Source: Spirogloea muscicola (taxonomy: Eukaryota). From it: 35,187 nt of DNA. The DNA lies in NCBI GenBank assembly GCA_009602725.1, contig WELB01000024.1, positions 16,479 to 51,665 of the forward strand. The letters run 5' to 3'. A model generated the notes under the pieces. The model did no database searches and was not told the DNA's origin. It worked only from the letters and a program-made list of their open reading frames with translations. The translations under genes and the position numbers were made by a program. Positions 24,376 through 35,187 of the stretch are shown here, piece after piece (position 1 is the first letter of the stretch; every line of letters begins with the position of its first letter).

Positions 24376-27300
24376 TTAGTCGCAGGAAAGAGCTAGCCAG
24401 GAGGGACGACTGGCACGAAACCAGGCATTGTAGAGTGCAGTACGGCGCCCAAATTTCCACCATAAAGGGGCTGCCGGCTTAGAGGCACATGATCCAACAT
24501 TGCCTCTCCAGAGTCTGCCACCTGCAGATGCCAAGACATTCCTCATTAGCTTAACCATAGAGATTTTGCTCTGACCACACATCAAGCAAACATGAACAGG
24601 GGTGATGTGCTCAAGGTTACTGAAACCCTGAAAGCCTCAATGTATGTGGCGCTGCCCTCTACAATACGTGGCTGCAGTTGACATACTCCAAAGCCTAACG
24701 GCATTCCTGACCCTGCTTTGGTGGCAGATTAAAAGGCTTCGAATCTTTCTGGGATCGCTGGCTAGCTAGCTAACCTTTCCTGATGGGAGAAGAGGATTTC
24801 TTCCTCTTCCTCTTGTTCTTCTTAAAGCCCACCTCTGCTGCTGAAGCTCCTGCTTGTCGAGATGAAGGCCTGCCGCCTCCATGTAGGCCTGCCTTCTTTC
24901 TTCCTTCGTCCATCCCTAAATGCGAACCCCCATGGTTGTTTGCTTGTGGCCGCATCACAGCAAGAGCTGGCCAGAAGGATGACTGTATTGAGCAGACCTC
25001 TGCAATGGTAGCACAACCTTCACTAGAAGGGTGCAATCTGGACGGCACCAGAGGTGGCTGGTTCCCAAGCAGCACCTGCAACAATGGAAATCCATGTAAG
25101 TAAATTGATCATGCAACCTTACTTCTGTAGGCAGGCATAAGATTGCTGTCTTTCAAGACCAGGGCTTGTCACGCACTTTCGAGCCCGGGCCCATACCTTT
25201 ACGACTGCAGCTGCGGAGGCAGAGATGGATCGCAGATTGTATCTGTAAACAGCAACGGGGTCAAGCAATCACGACAGTTCAAGTCATGGTAGCTTCTTGT
25301 CCCCTTAACTTTCATTTTGATGGCTATCAATACTTCACTTTGATGGCAATCATCACAAGGTCTTGTTGAGAGGCTAGCATTGATGCCAGTGTGTCACAAG
25401 CAAAGATGGCAGCGACTCAACAAGCTGATGGAGTTGCGGAAGCCTACCCTCCTTCCAGGACCACAAGCATCCGCCCTTGCGCCAGTGGCATGAGAAGGGA
25501 TGCCATGTGCGCATAACCCTCTGGGGTGACCTGGCAAGGAAGAAGATCTAAGTGAGCAACCAGATGAGCATGTCCAGCTCCTCTCCAAGCAGGAGAAGAA
25601 GAAAGCAGGTGTGAGCAACCGCGTCAGAAGCATACAGCTTCTGCTGCCTGAAGTCTAAAAAGCAATTCTGCAAGTTGTATTATAAGGCAGAGTTAAGATC
25701 AGCCTGAGAAAGAGACAGGACACTAACATCGCAGGCTCCTAATGGGTCGCCTCTTGCTGCATCAAAGCCAGCTGATATAATTGTCAAATCTGGTGCAAAT
25801 TGATAAGCTGCAAAACAAGCAAAACAAAGAGATGTCATTCACACTAGGTGATTGACGTTGCATTCAAGAGGCACGGGCGATGAAGTTAGTGAAGCGTCAC
25901 ATGCATCTGCATAGTACAATAAGCTTGATCAAGCACAGCAAGATAAGACACTAAAAGGAATGCTGGTTTCAGGTGATAATAGCTACCACCCATTCTATAT
26001 CAGGCCAACCTATGGGGAGAACCACATAAAAGAATGCAGCAAGGTAGTCATTGTCTCCTATGCCGCCCCGGCTCCAAGGAATGTTCACAGAGTAGCCTTC
26101 TCCAGGGCCAATGCCCACCTAAATTATGACAAGCTGATATATCAGAATTTCTGGTGATTAGGCATGCGTAACAGAGGCATGACCGTGTACGATCTATATG
26201 ATTAAAGGTTTTCTACAAGACCTCATGGGCGGCTCCAGTGCCAGGGTAGAAATGCCCGCCGTCATGTCGATGTATGGATATGAACAAGACCTACAAGAAG
26301 CCGATGCCATGGTTGTGTCAAGTCAACAATGAGCAAGTGACATGAGTCGTCGCAAAGTGTAATGAGAGTGTAAAAGGCAATTAGATCGTGAGACAGCCTC
26401 TCAAAGCAAACACTGCAAAGATTGTGTCAACGACAAGTTGGTCATGAGAAAAGCTTCTCACGGATGGATCTCTCTCAAATATCCTCTGGGTCCCATTGCC
26501 ATGGTGTACATCCTAGGAAAAACAGGGCAATCTGTAATGTAAGCTTCATCAAAGACCAATCAGAGCTGATAACGACATGCTATCAAATTAGTTGGATGCT
26601 AATTGCCTATGCCTGCTCAGTGACCATGCACTACACCTTACGCACTGGCCTTGATGGAAGTTATAGTAAGATGGATCCTCAACACGTGTAAGATGGGCTC
26701 ACAAAATCATGCTATTGCTTGGGCTTCCCAGCTGGCATGTGTGCAATTTGGACCTAGCATTGGGCCAACTGCACTGGTATGGGAAGCATCAACTTAGGAC
26801 GGCCTGCACTTACCCAATCTACAATGAGAACTTTCTTAGCTCCAGCTTCTTGTGCTGCTCTCGCAGCTACAGCCACGTTGTTGTGCAGACAGAAGCCCAT
26901 CACGGCATCGCCTTCAGCATGGTGGCCTGGTGGTCTCACCTGTCGCCGCACGGTGATTGTACGAGGCTGAAGCAATGAACTCTACAAGCAGACATATGGA
27001 TGCGACCAGTCTTTATTGAGAACCCGTAACATAGGTAGGGTGCTGGTACTGACCAGCGCAATGCCGTTCCGAGCATTGCCCGTAGCTATTGCTACAGCTA
27101 GATCCACAGCAGACCCAGCTGCCAATCGTGCAGCCCTTGCAGAGTACTGATTGGAGTACGTGTCTGGAGTGAAGTATCTGTAGACAGACGAATTTGCACC
27201 CATAAAGCTTTGCCATATGAAATTGCTTTTCATGCAACAGCACCAATCTGCAGGATCTTATTGCAAACATAATTTGCAGGCAAATCCCGACCCATTCCCC

Positions 27301-29881
27301 CTGTTACTTGCTCGAGTCACTCTTCTGAGCATGTTAGGAACTAAACTGTTCAGCTTTTCAAGGCCACGAACGTGTGAAATACAGATGTGGTTGACCTTTG
27401 ATGACTTTGACAGCTTGATTCCACTACGTCCACATGCTCATTCGAGTGGACCTGCCATCCATTGGCAAATATGCATGCTCAGCAGATGTATTTTCCCTCT
27501 GTACCTCCAAGTCATCTCTACGATGAATGTGAAGCTAAAAGAAGAGAACCAGACTACTGTCTCTGCTAAACGACTAGAGGCTTCACAAACATTGCTCATT
27601 ATTGCTCGCACAAGGCATCTCACGCAGAGTGCATCTCAACATCAACAAGAGCGCTGCAGTTCCTTTGGTTCTTGCCAAGCTCTAGCTTATAACTACCTTC
27701 AGAAGCTCTTTCTGAGTCACCTCCCTTGCTGGGATGGGTATGCATCGTCCAGGAAAGAGACCTGCAAAGATCCACATACACTGAGGTCAGCGAGCTGCGA
27801 CTAGCAGAGATGTCACAGTACACCTTCTCAGCTATGCACAGCGTTCACTGCAAGTCTAGGATGCAAACTTACACAGTCACAAGCTTTGAGAGTCACCAGC
27901 AGCATGTGACTGCTGAGGCTGTAACAGAAGTTTAGCCCCACACCATCTAGAAGATGAGCTTCATTATCATAGCTGCTTGACTATGACACAGGCAGATCAC
28001 CTGCAGCTGCTAAACCGCCAACTATGGCACGAAGTCGATCTGGCCTCTCAGGGTGCGGGCTCATGTTACCCTGCGAGCAGGGAAAGCATCAGTATGCAAC
28101 GGTTGCATGCATGAGAATTTGAGCATCGCATGCATCAGTAAGGCACTTCCCTCACACATTAAGTGCTGAATGATGAAGCGCTTGATGTGCACCTAGACGA
28201 CTTTCAACGGCAAGGCAATAATTACCTCTTCATGCATCAACATGCGACTGTCAAAACCCACAGCAGTGGCAGCAGCATTTGCCCAGTCATGAGGGGACTT
28301 GAGGCCAGCCACTGTCACGACCGCCTGAGCTGCTGTCACAGCAGGCGTCTCTTCTTCCCTCTCATCATCCTCATCTGCAGCCACGCCCAGTGACTCGGGG
28401 TCTGGCTTCAAGTCTGATTGGCCAGCGGCTACGTCTGCCACGTGGGAGCGCTTTGGCAACCCAGGAGGTGCCATGAAGCCCTCTTCCAAGATGGCTGAGT
28501 GCCGGTGTTCTCCACAGAGCTGCCAAATGCAATTGAAATCCATAAGGAGCTGTCAGAGAGGTTGGACTTTCTTTCCCAATTACAAATTGTCTTGTTGTAC
28601 AATGGATGTTACTCGTGTCATATCCTTTTGCTGCTAGCTTAGTGCAAAAGAGCCCGCAGGAAGGGCAGGATGGATAGAAGTTGCTCTTGGACCTGACAAG
28701 TATCGGCCTCGAAGTGCAGATTGGGCATGGTGCAGTTGGTGCAGTGCCACCTCGGATGCGCCTTGGCTGGCTCATAGTCAGAGTCGTTCGACTCCAAGTC
28801 TTCAAAAGTCACAAGCACAGAGGATCAATGTCGCATATTTAGTGCTTGATTCACTATCTAGTGAAGGCTGAGGTTTGTATATGTTCTCATCCTGCAGAGC
28901 CCACCTCCTTGCAGTAGGATACTTGTAGAACGAACGCAAGATCACTGCGAAGCTACTTGATCGACCTGGTCTTCATACATACTCGTGCATTGAAGCTCAT
29001 GCATCTGCCCGCATGTGTACTTTAAAGTGAGAGAGCCCAACAAGCTGACAGTCACACTGCTACTTATTTGGCAAGAAAATGAGAAGTTCAGGAGCAGCAG
29101 TGCAGCCTTCTCTGTTAGTAAGGCATCACAGTCAAACCCTGTGCTGCATACCCTTATCTTGCACTTGTGACCCAGGCCCATGAATGTAGCCATATTAAGA
29201 CACTGACAGAGAAATGAGTAAGCACAAGCCCCTACTCAACGTCCATATCCAAGTGCTTGACGATCAAGGAGGAAGACAGACTGGATCTCGGTTTAGGATG
29301 GCCTTCAATACGGAGCCGCAGCACAATAGGCAGTAAGGGAAGGCTAACACTTAGCAATGCTTGCAGCTTAACAGCCTGGGATAACGAGGCTAAAGGGCGA
29401 AGCTGAGTGATGTACCATCGTCATCGGCGCTCCCATAGAGCGCCAGGAGGTCGTCGAAGCCCCTCCCCGTCCGGCCGACGACGTCGTCCAGCCCTCCTCC
29501 GCCCTGCACTCGGGCGTCCACGAGCTCCATGTCCGGGCCGACGTAGGAGGTGGAGGCCATCCTCGCCCGCCGGAACCTGCCCAGAGGATGGTCGCCCAGG
29601 GCTTCTGCGCCCGGGGGCTCCCGCTGGCCAGCAGCCTCCTCGTCGATGTCGCTCCCGCCCGCTTCCGGCTCGCCGTCGGCGTCATCCTCGTCGTCCTCCT
29701 CGTCAGCGTCCTCGTCGGACCCTCCGCCGTCCCCGTTGGCGTCCCCCTCGCCGCCGCGGCGGTCGGCCATGTCGTCGTCGTCGTCGGCGTCCCAGAGCTT
29801 GTTCCCAACAATGGCGCCCACGCTAGGGTTTGCAACGAAGGCAGCCCCCGGGGCCCCCCAGGAGCGTGGGCCAGGGTCCAT
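24376..29881 (-). CDS. HDA15: Class II RPD3/HDA1-family histone deacetylase with RanBP2-type zinc finger (HDA15 type), 16 exons, ~730 aa
   Basis: Zinc finger [10 protein letters not shown]...[62 protein letters not shown]; basic [10 protein letters not shown]-terminal WWKFGRR. Exons on the minus strand: 29881-29416, 28799-28693, 28519-28226, 28070-28001, 27761-27697, 27451-27396, 27177-27054, 26939-26814, 26512-26462, 26290-26222, 26118-26010, 25807-25728, 25530-25448, 25242-25197, 25075-24775, 24521-24376 (2193 nt). Confidence 0.92.
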
Positions 29882-30721
29882 CTCGCCGCCTGCCCGGGCT
29901 GCTCCTGAGCTTGCCAGGAGCTTCCCCCCTCAGCCGAGAGGCACGGCTAGGGCCCTAAGCAGCCAGCACCACGGGAGGGCAGGGCAAGGCCCCTCCCCCC
30001 GGGGGCTTGCTCCGAGCGCGCCCTAATTTCGGCTATGGCGGGTCTAGGCCCACCCGCCATAGCCGAAATTAGGGCGGCGCGTGCGCTCCATCCGCGCGTC
30101 ATCTCCGAGGCCGGACTTCCAAAACCCGGGCGGATATCGCAGGGCCCGGGAAGCCCCACTCCACGTGGACCGAGCCCTCCTCTGACGGTACGGGTTGCTG
30201 TCGGGAAGCCGCGGGGAGCGCTTTGACCGCTGATGGGGCCCCCGGCAGCATGGCCTCCTCGCAGAGGGAGCGTCCACGTCAACGACCACGTGGCTGGTAG
30301 TAGCCGTCCTCCTCCCCTGACCAGCCCCATCAAGCTTTGGAGTTGACGCTTTTCAATCAAGCCAGCCCGGGGTTGAAGTCCCTCGTCGGGGGCCCCTTTC
30401 CCTTTGGCCGCGGCGATCAGCAGAGCACAGGGCCTGCCGCTAACGTTAATGGAAATCAGTTTTAGCCTTTGCGCTAACAGCCACTCACTCACTTCAGAGA
30501 GACTTCACTCCACAGTGAGTGATCGAACACCGACCGCCACCGCCGCCGCCGCCGCCGCCTTCGTCGCCGCCGCAACCGCCGCCGGCTGGGTCAGCGCAGT
30601 GGCAGCCGCCGCCGCGGTGGGCGACGCCAGCGCGAGCTCCGGCGGCGTGGCGCCGAGCCGCTCCCGCTGCCGGATCTGCCGTCGCACAGCCGGCGGCTGC
30701 TGCCAGCGGCCGACCAGGACC
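29882..30721. promoter_or_regulatory. GC-rich divergent promoter/5' UTR region between HDA15 and GLYR
   Basis: Head-to-head ATGs at 29881 (-) and 30722 (+); CpG-rich; contains (GCC)n runs and a perfect palindrome. Confidence 0.6.
30019..30076. repeat. Perfect 25-bp inverted repeat with an 8-nt spacer
   Basis: CGCCCTAATTTCGGCTATGGCGGGT (30019-30043) and ACCCGCCATAGCCGAAATTAGGGCG (30052-30076) are exact reverse complements. Confidence 0.95.
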
Positions 30722-33260
30722 ATGGCAGCTCTGGAGCTGGAGCTGGGCTTCCTGGGAGCCGGCATCATGGGCCTCGGCATGATGCGCAACCTGCTCAAGG
30801 CTGGCCACAAGGTCAAGGTGTGGAACCGCAGCCCGGCGAAGGTGAGCATCCCGCACTCAACCTGGAAGTGCAAGTATCAGCATTGTCGCCTCAGCCAGGA
30901 CCCCATTGAAAAGACCATTAAATAGACCACGTCAAAACTATAGCGCGTCGTTTGCCAGGCCTATCTGTGAGATACAGACCTCTTATGCAGTTGCTCGATG
31001 TAGACGTGCTAATGGAGGCGAAACGCCTCGAAGGGCATGATACAGCTTGGCTCTGTGTGGTCTGGCTGGTGGCACAGTGCACTGAACAGCTTTGCTTGTA
31101 ACTTTAAGCCTTGCCGTGGAGGCTGCTCTGACGCTTTGACTGCCGCTGTCATCCCGTTCTGTTGATAACAGGTCGACGCGTTGGTGGAGGAGGGTGCTTC
31201 AAGGGGGCACACGCCTGCAGAGGTGGTGAAGGCTTGTGACATTACAATCGCAATGTTAGCTGACCCGGCAGTGGCGCTCGAGGTTAGTTATATTGACTTT
31301 ACTTTCAGCAATACCTTACAAGAACCTGGGACTGTATTGCAACAGGTTCATCTCGTTACTTTTGCACACACTCCTTGTGAGGGGTTCTCAGGGAGGAGGC
31401 TTGTCTCATTATTGATCCTAAACATACGGCTCTTGAAGCTTTCCATTTGAGAAGAGTACACGACATAGATCCTGCTAGCCAAGTGCTCGATCAGGCCTCA
31501 AGGGCAGTGACAACGTTGAGTCTTGTAGCCTATCTCTGAGCAGACGCTGTTGGCATGAGCTTGCAAGACAGGTAGCACTTGGAGAAGGTGGGGTGATTGA
31601 GGGCATGTCAGAGGGCAAGAGCTATGTGGATATGTCCACCGTCGACGCCGGCACATCAATGAAGATTGGACAAGTGCGTTCAAGCCCAGTCCACTCGCTT
31701 TTCCCAGTACTTGTACTTGTCATGTACCACCATAGGAGGCTGCATTCGTGCCCAGAAGTCGATGAAACTACCAGAGCTTCTGCGTCAACAAAGACCTAGA
31801 CTGAGAAGAGATTGCCTTAATCACTACAGAGTTCTAGCCTAGCTTGAGCTGGGAGGTCTACAAGTAGTAGTGTGGCATTGGCCGTGGACCGCATGCAGTC
31901 TCCCTCCGTCTCTACACTGGTGTAGATGCCATCGACTCTGCGAGTCTTTCTGAGATTGTTCGGGGTATGACTGGGCCTGCATATGTATCAGGCTGTTGTG
32001 GAGAAGGGTGGAAGGTTCCTTGAGGCCCCAGTCTCAGGGAGCAAGAAGCCAGCCGAGGATGGCACACTCATCATTCTTGCTGCAGGCAACGAGGTGGGAT
32101 CATCAGAGCATTTTCTGCTGGACCTTGACCCCCACAACAGCTCTGCTTGAAAGTATGACACAGCTGCCAGGAGATGACAATGATTGCCCATTCAGTCTGC
32201 TTCACTCCTTGTACACAATGCAATTCCTATTGATGTATGATCATGTGTGGGCTTGATGCATGCAGGCACTATTCAAGGCTGTGGCGCCAGCCTTTGATGC
32301 CATGGGTAAGAGGTCGTTCTTTCTGGGCGACCTTGGTAATGGAGCACGCATGAAGCTGGTGGTAAATATGATTATGGGCAGGTCAGTCCATCTTCTCTGA
32401 GCACCTCCTCTTCACCTTGCTCGTAATTGATTGTGGTCTATTCTATGCCATGGAAAAGGGCATACATCTCTGAACAGCTTTGGCAGTACTTGCTTTGTGG
32501 TCAGCATGGTGGCCTCCTTGTCAGAGGGGCTTGCTCTCTGTGGCAAGGCTGGCATCAGTCAGCAAACGCTCCTGGAGGTCTTGGTAAGACTCAAGCGCTG
32601 AGTAGCTTACGGCCAGGCTGATGCTTCATAGCTTGTTTCAATATTCTGTATCTACGTACTGTGAAGCAGAGTTTGCCTGAGTTGTTAGGTGTTCTGTGGG
32701 TCATTACATTGCGGCATGCAGGTAGAAATCCCTTGAATCCATTGGAGCTGGCTATTGAAAGTCATTGAATAACCGAGTACCACTTTAGAGACAATTTCCT
32801 GCAAAAGATAAAGGGTCAAATGTTCATTATTAGTCTGACCAATGCTTTGTGGATATGAGCAGGACCTTGGTGCGATGAGTAATGGGCTATTCAAGCTAAA
32901 GGGCGCATCCATTTTGCAAGGCAACTTTCCTCCTGCGTTCCCTTTGAAACACCAACAGAAGGACATGAGATTGGCATTGGCAGTTGGAGACGAATGCAAC
33001 CAGCCAATGCCAATTGCGGCAGCTGCTAATGAGGTTAGCCCAGCAGATTCTGCACTGAGCGCTTATTCCTGGGAATTCCTCATTCCTGATTGACCATTGT
33101 GTTGCCTCTCAGATTTCTGCTCGTGAAAGTTTGGCCCTCTGTTTCACAAGGAGTTGACTTGCACATTGTACGGCAATTACTGCAGGCATACAAGCGAGCA
33201 AAGGGAATGGGCTTTTCTGATGAAGATTTTGCAGCTGTCTTTAAGGCTATCCAGCAATAA
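30722..33260 (+). CDS. GLYR1: Glyoxylate/succinic semialdehyde reductase (beta-hydroxyacid dehydrogenase family), 8 exons, ~291 aa
   Basis: GFLGAGIMG Rossmann motif, [58 protein letters not shown] and DFAAV. Exons: 30722-30841, 31172-31282, 31572-31673, 31992-32093, 32266-32381, 32505-32583, 32863-33033, 33186-33260 (876 nt). GLYR1 versus GLYR2 orthology is not established. Confidence 0.92.
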
Positions 33261-33997
33261 GCCGGACATACTGGTGGCCTACCCTTGGGTCTGTGACATG
33301 GGAAGGGCGCAAGTCAATGGCGGAATGATGTTCGTGCAGTTATATCCCTGATTTTGCATCATCTCCACGTCAAACATGCCCAGTGCTTACACCTGGTCTT
33401 TCTGGCCTGCGTCTTAGCTGTTTATAGCATTTTGAGGTGCACTGTGTCATCTCTAGTGTTGACCAGAATTGCCTGCTTATCCTGTAACATAAGAGCAGCA
33501 CAAAGATACTGCCAGGTTGTGTAGAGCACTACTTGCTCTTTACCTGAGCGCACCGTCCGCCCAAGGGCTTCTGGCAGTGGCTTTACTAGGTGACAGGCAG
33601 TTCTGCATCCGCGGGGCGCTTATGAAGGGGCGCTTATTAAGCGAAGATGTTTAAGTGGCTGACATTGTCGAGTCTACGGGCATGACCACGTACTTCAGCC
33701 CCACTGTAAATTCTGCAAGCATGCATACCAACAAGGCAACTTAATGGGCAGACAGACACTCCTTTCAGAGGCTTCTCAACATCATACAATTAAGGCCGCG
33801 TCTGCGTGCAGATGGACTCTGAGGTATGCGGCGCTGTGGGCTTGCCTTGTTTAGGCATCTAGGGTTGCCCGGCTCCGTGTAGTGTAGATGGACTCCCAGC
33901 GCTTACTCGGTGGTATACACTCAGCTGGCCATTCAGCTTCTTCTGAGCTCGTCACACTTGGTGCGGGGATGGGGCTTTAGGGGCTTCCATAACAATC

Positions 33998-34845
33998 CGA
34001 TGGCTGTGAGAGGCCAGTCCACAAAGGTATGGCCCAGGTTCGAAAGGGCCGGAAGGCGCAAATTACGACATTACTCTCTTCAAGCAGAAGGAACGCGGTG
34101 CGCATGAAATGAAAGGGTGGCCAATTTCAAGCCAATACAGTCAGGCAGAAATTAGTGCCAAGTTGGGGCTACATCAAACGAAGCCCAAAGCTAAGGTGGC
34201 TAAGGTAACGTGTGACGTTAGTACTCACGTGGGAGCACACAAATCTCCGACAAACTAAAATGGGGAGCCGGAGCGGCCCATGGTTGACGCACGCAGGCGG
34301 CATCTCTGAGTTCCGGTCACGAGGAGGAGGCACCTCCCTTGGCCTTAGTACTTGGCCACACAGGCCCTCCATCTCTTGATATACACTCCAGGCCTTGCGG
34401 TTGGACTCGGAAGTAAAGCGAGGGAAGGAAAGCGCGGGAAGAGAAGAGAAAGAAACAGCGCTTTCCAATGTTAACTGGTGGCTGTGACCAAAAGAATGGG
34501 AATCTGAACCCGAAAAGAAGAAGAAAGTGCTCGCCGACTAGGAGAGCAGAAGAAAGTGCTCGCCCATTGAGAATAGGGGCTGGAACAACCAGCCCGAAAA
34601 AGAATGAACAGAGTACGAGAGCAAGAAGAAAGTGCTCGCCCATTGAGAATAGGGGCTGGAACAACCAGCCCGAAAAAGAATGAACAGAGTACGAGAAGGG
34701 GGCCAGGGGAAGCGCTAAGTAACAGAAACAAAGCTGCTACGAGACACTCAGTAACCCCTGCTAAGCAGCCGCAGATCAGAGATGCTGGGCTCCTGGAAGT
34801 GGGTCCCCTGGCCAGAGCCAGAGGCAGCAGCGAGGGCTCTGCCGG
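33998..34845 (+). repeat. Copy 2 of the dispersed repeat (inverted partner of 21678-22413)
   Basis: See copy 1. The ORFs 34604-34924 (+) and 21650-21931 (-) share ESARPLRIGAG and LLEVGPLARARGSSEGSAG. Confidence 0.8.
34548..34696. repeat. Perfect 73-bp tandem duplication (period 76) inside repeat copy 2
   Basis: 34548-34620 is identical to 34624-34696. A partial third copy (AGAAGAAAGTGCTCGCC) lies at ~34519-34535. Confidence 0.9.
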
Positions 34846-35089
34846 TCTGGCGGGAGAGCCCCCTCTCCCGCCAGATTTGCCTCTGGCTTGCGCAGCGAAG
34901 TCTAACCTACCGATCGATTGCTGACAATGGGACGTCCAAGACGGACGTAGAGGGCCCTGTCTGCCATAGCCTGTGGCTCCGCTAACGTAGTCACAAACAC
35001 CCTCTGTATGCAACTGGCTGGCTTTTAAATCAACGTCAGCAGTCGCAGCAATTGCAAGCTATTCTCTAACCAATTCGAGCGCCCCCAAG

Positions 35090-35091
35090 AC

Positions 35092-35126
<35 letters not shown>

Positions 35127-35187
35127 CGTGGAGCGTCGCCACCGCCCCTGAGCGCCCCACGTCCGTCGCCAGCCCGCTGGCTGCGCG
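35090..35187. other. (GGC)n-containing CpG-rich tract, probably the 5' region of the next gene
   Basis: Same composition as the 5' ends of the six genes in this window; truncated by the window edge. Confidence 0.4.

Noticed and set aside
25176..25205. Short similarity between an HDA15 intron donor region and 34023-34046, suggesting introner-like mobile introns
   Set aside because: Only ~25 nt, partly explained by the splice consensus. The introns in this window are otherwise dissimilar.
16..29881. Functional chromatin cluster (EPL1 acetyltransferase subunit + HDA15 deacetylase)
   Set aside because: The two genes are ~20 kb apart with unrelated genes between them, so co-location is most likely chance.
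29368..30026. Multiple overlapping ORFs on both strands around HDA15 exon 1 (likewise 8071-8866)
   Set aside because: Stop-poor GC-rich shadow frames of real first exons and promoters.
33613..33638. GGGGCGCTTAT direct repeat (two copies)
   Set aside because: Too short and isolated to interpret.
34455..34476. LTR end plus primer-binding-site look-alike (minus strand ...TAACA TTGGAAAGCGCTG)
   Set aside because: I cannot match it to a tRNA 3' end, there is no second direct LTR or gag/pol sequence, and the other repeat copy lacks it.

Overview
Eukaryotic, intron-rich nuclear DNA. It is most likely from a streptophyte green alga or early-diverging plant lineage, inferred from plant-type proteins, CpG-rich gene starts and CpG-poor gene bodies. 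I reconstructed six multi-exon genes by hand from GT/GC-AG junctions that keep frame: Enhancer of Polycomb-like (+), an MTP7/MTPc4 (ZnT9-type) cation diffusion facilitator (-), lariat debranching enzyme DBR1 (+), an unusual secreted LRR + Cys-rich-repeat protein (-), an HDA15-type RanBP2-zinc-finger histone deacetylase (-) and glyoxylate/succinic semialdehyde reductase GLYR (+). The most interesting locus is the 22-exon LRR gene: most LRRs and every internal 4-Cys module sit on their own exon, nearly all symmetric (phase 2-2), and there is no transmembrane or kinase domain. Non-coding oddities include a three-unit hairpin-bearing array upstream of that gene, a long inverted repeat pair (about 21.7-22.4 kb and 34.0-34.8 kb) bracketing HDA15+GLYR, a perfect 25-bp palindrome in the HDA15/GLYR divergent promoter, telomere-like motifs and an (AG)n tract next to an assembly N. 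All exon models are manual and unverified by transcripts.
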